A stretch of 27,935 bases of DNA from a virus, in UHGV virus genome UHGV-2167857; one strand, 5' to 3'. A program made the position numbers and the translations under genes. The stretch's first letter is position 1. Every line of letters begins with the position of its first letter. Under the pieces are notes generated by a model. That model saw nothing but the letters and a program-made list of their open reading frames with translations. It was not told where the DNA came from and did no database searches. Shown in pieces: positions 26,283 to 27,935 of this stretch.

Positions 26283-26724
26283 ACAACGTCTTATCCAGCT
26301 CATTCATATTGCCCGTAATGAACTGGGTATGGATGAAGACACCTACCGCCAGATGTTACAGGGGCTGACCGGTAAAGCCTCAACCAAAGGAATGGATACC
26401 ACACAACTAAACTGCGTGCTGGAATCCATGAAAAGGAAAGGCTTTCGCGTTAAGCCTGCCGGAAAAGCCAGCTCCGGTTTACCGCTGGATAACCATCCGC
26501 AGTCCAGGAAAATCCGTGCGCTATGGCTTGAAATGGCTGCTGCCGGCATTGTTCGTGACCGTTCAGAAAATGCATTAGCGCGGTGGATCAAGCGGGAAAC
26601 GGGCATCAGCGCCCTGCGCTGGCTCAATACTGAACAGGCAAGCAGTGTTATTGAGAAACTGAAGAAGTGGCAGCACAGAGCTGCGGGAGTAAAACATGAG
26701 CGACCTGAATCAGTTTCGAAGTAA
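26272..26724 (+). CDS. gemA: GemA-like protein (Mu gp16 family)
   Basis: Start at ATG 26272 with AAGGAG upstream. LIQLIHIARNELGMDEDTYRQMLQGLTGKASTKGM matches the GemA/gp16 N-terminal signature as I recall it. Confidence 0.7.
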   Translation: MMTKQRLIQLIHIARNELGMDEDTYRQMLQGLTGKASTKGMDTTQLNCVLESMKRKGFRVKPAGKASSGLPLDNHPQSRKIRALWLEMAAAGIVRDRSENALARWIKRETGISALRWLNTEQASSVIEKLKKWQHRAAGVKHERPESVSK

Positions 26725-27085
26725 AGGGCCGGAACTCCTGGTGGAACTGGCACAGCATACCTCTGAGACCGTTCGCGAGATTATTGATATTGAGCCCGCA
26801 ATTGCCGACCAGATTGGTCAGGCCGTCGCGAACCGCATGATGCAGGTCTGGGGCGGGCAAAACGTTTATTTCCCGATGGGCATGGTATGGAAGGTCAGTC
26901 AGCGCGACCGGGAAATCTTCAGGGAGTTTAACGGACGTAACCACCATGAACTGGCCCGCAAATTTGGTGTTTCGCTTCAGTGGGTCTACAGCGTGGTTAA
27001 GCGGGTAAGAAAAGAAGAACTGGATCGGATGCAGGGCAAGCTATTTGCTGATGAACCCGATGTAGATACGGAGAAAAAAGAGTAA
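26696..27085 (+). CDS. mor: Mor-like transcriptional activator (Mor/C family)
   Basis: 129 aa; C-terminal HTH (REFNGRNHHELARKFGVSLQWVYSVVKRVRK) resembles Mu Mor; last gene of the early operon. Confidence 0.75.
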   Translation: MSDLNQFRSKGPELLVELAQHTSETVREIIDIEPAIADQIGQAVANRMMQVWGGQNVYFPMGMVWKVSQRDREIFREFNGRNHHELARKFGVSLQWVYSVVKRVRKEELDRMQGKLFADEPDVDTEKKE

Positions 27086-27246
<161 letters not shown>

Positions 27247-27935
27247 GTTACGGAACAGGCAGCGTTGGCTGCCTGGCCGCAAACCGGCTGTGGCGACAAA
27301 AATAAAATTGATGGCCTTGCGGTCACCGCGATGCGCCAGGCATTAAACGACGTTGCTTTTCGTGGGCGAGTGGTTATCGGCGAGGGGGAAATTGACCATG
27401 CGCCGATGCTGTGGATTGGCGAAGAGGTGGGCAAAGGCGATGGGCCAGAAGTCGATATCGCGGTCGATCCCATTGAAGGCACGCGGATGGTGGCGATGGG
27501 GCAGAGCAATGCGCTGGCGGTCATGGCTTTCGCCCCTCGAGATAGCCTGTTACATGCGCCCGATATGTATATGAAAAAGCTGGTTGTTAATCGACTGGCT
27601 GCCGGGGCGATAGATCTGTCTTTGCCTCTGGCGGACAACTTGCGTAACGTGGCGCGGGCGTTAGGTAAACCGCTGGACAAGCTGCGCATGGTTACGCTGG
27701 ATAAACCGCGCCTGAGTGCCGCAATTGAGGAAGCAACACAGCTCGGCGTGAAGGTTTTTGCCCTGCCGGATGGCGATGTCGCCGCCAGCGTGCTGACTTG
27801 CTGGCAGGATAATCCTTACGATGTGATGTACACCATCGGTGGCGCACCGGAAGGTGTTATTTCTGCCTGTGCCGTTAAAGCATTAGGCGGGGATATGCAG
27901 GCCGAGCTGATTGACTTTTGTCAGGCTAAAGGGGA
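27247..27935 (+). CDS. yggF: Class II fructose-1,6-bisphosphatase (GlpX/YggF family), host gene; partial at window end and apparently 5'-truncated
   Basis: Frame open from 27244 to the window end; VAMGQSNALAVMAF and DGDVAASVLTC are conserved GlpX-family core segments. A TAA lies immediately upstream in frame and no ATG precedes the conserved core. The paralogue (yggF versus glpX) is assigned from memory. Confidence 0.7.

Overview
Almost the whole window (1 to about 27246) is one transposable, Mu-like myovirus prophage; only the last ~690 bp is host DNA, a class II fructose-1,6-bisphosphatase (YggF/GlpX family) gene that appears to have lost its 5' end to the insertion. The prophage has two divergent arms. 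A tightly packed leftward late operon (16007 down to 1) runs holin-like, SLT endolysin, Rz/Rz1 spanins, gp25-like, terminase small and large, portal, F, G, I protease/scaffold, major head T, gp36/gp37-like, sheath, tube, chaperone and a partial tape measure gene that runs off the left edge. A rightward early operon (18819 to 27085) runs Ner-like, wHTH, a DDE transposase that does not look like MuA, a B-type ATPase, Gam, small accessory ORFs, GemA-like and Mor-like, and ends at the prophage terminus. This is inverted relative to phage Mu and, as far as I recall, matches BcepMu-type layout. Between the arms lies an AT-rich cargo island (16138-18310): the HTH repressor is co-transcribed with two membrane proteins and faces a small P-loop protein. 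I consider that repressor-linked membrane pair the best candidate for an undescribed lysogeny-expressed exclusion or abortive-infection module. All family assignments are from reading the translations by eye, not from searches. No rRNA, tRNA or CRISPR array was recognised.
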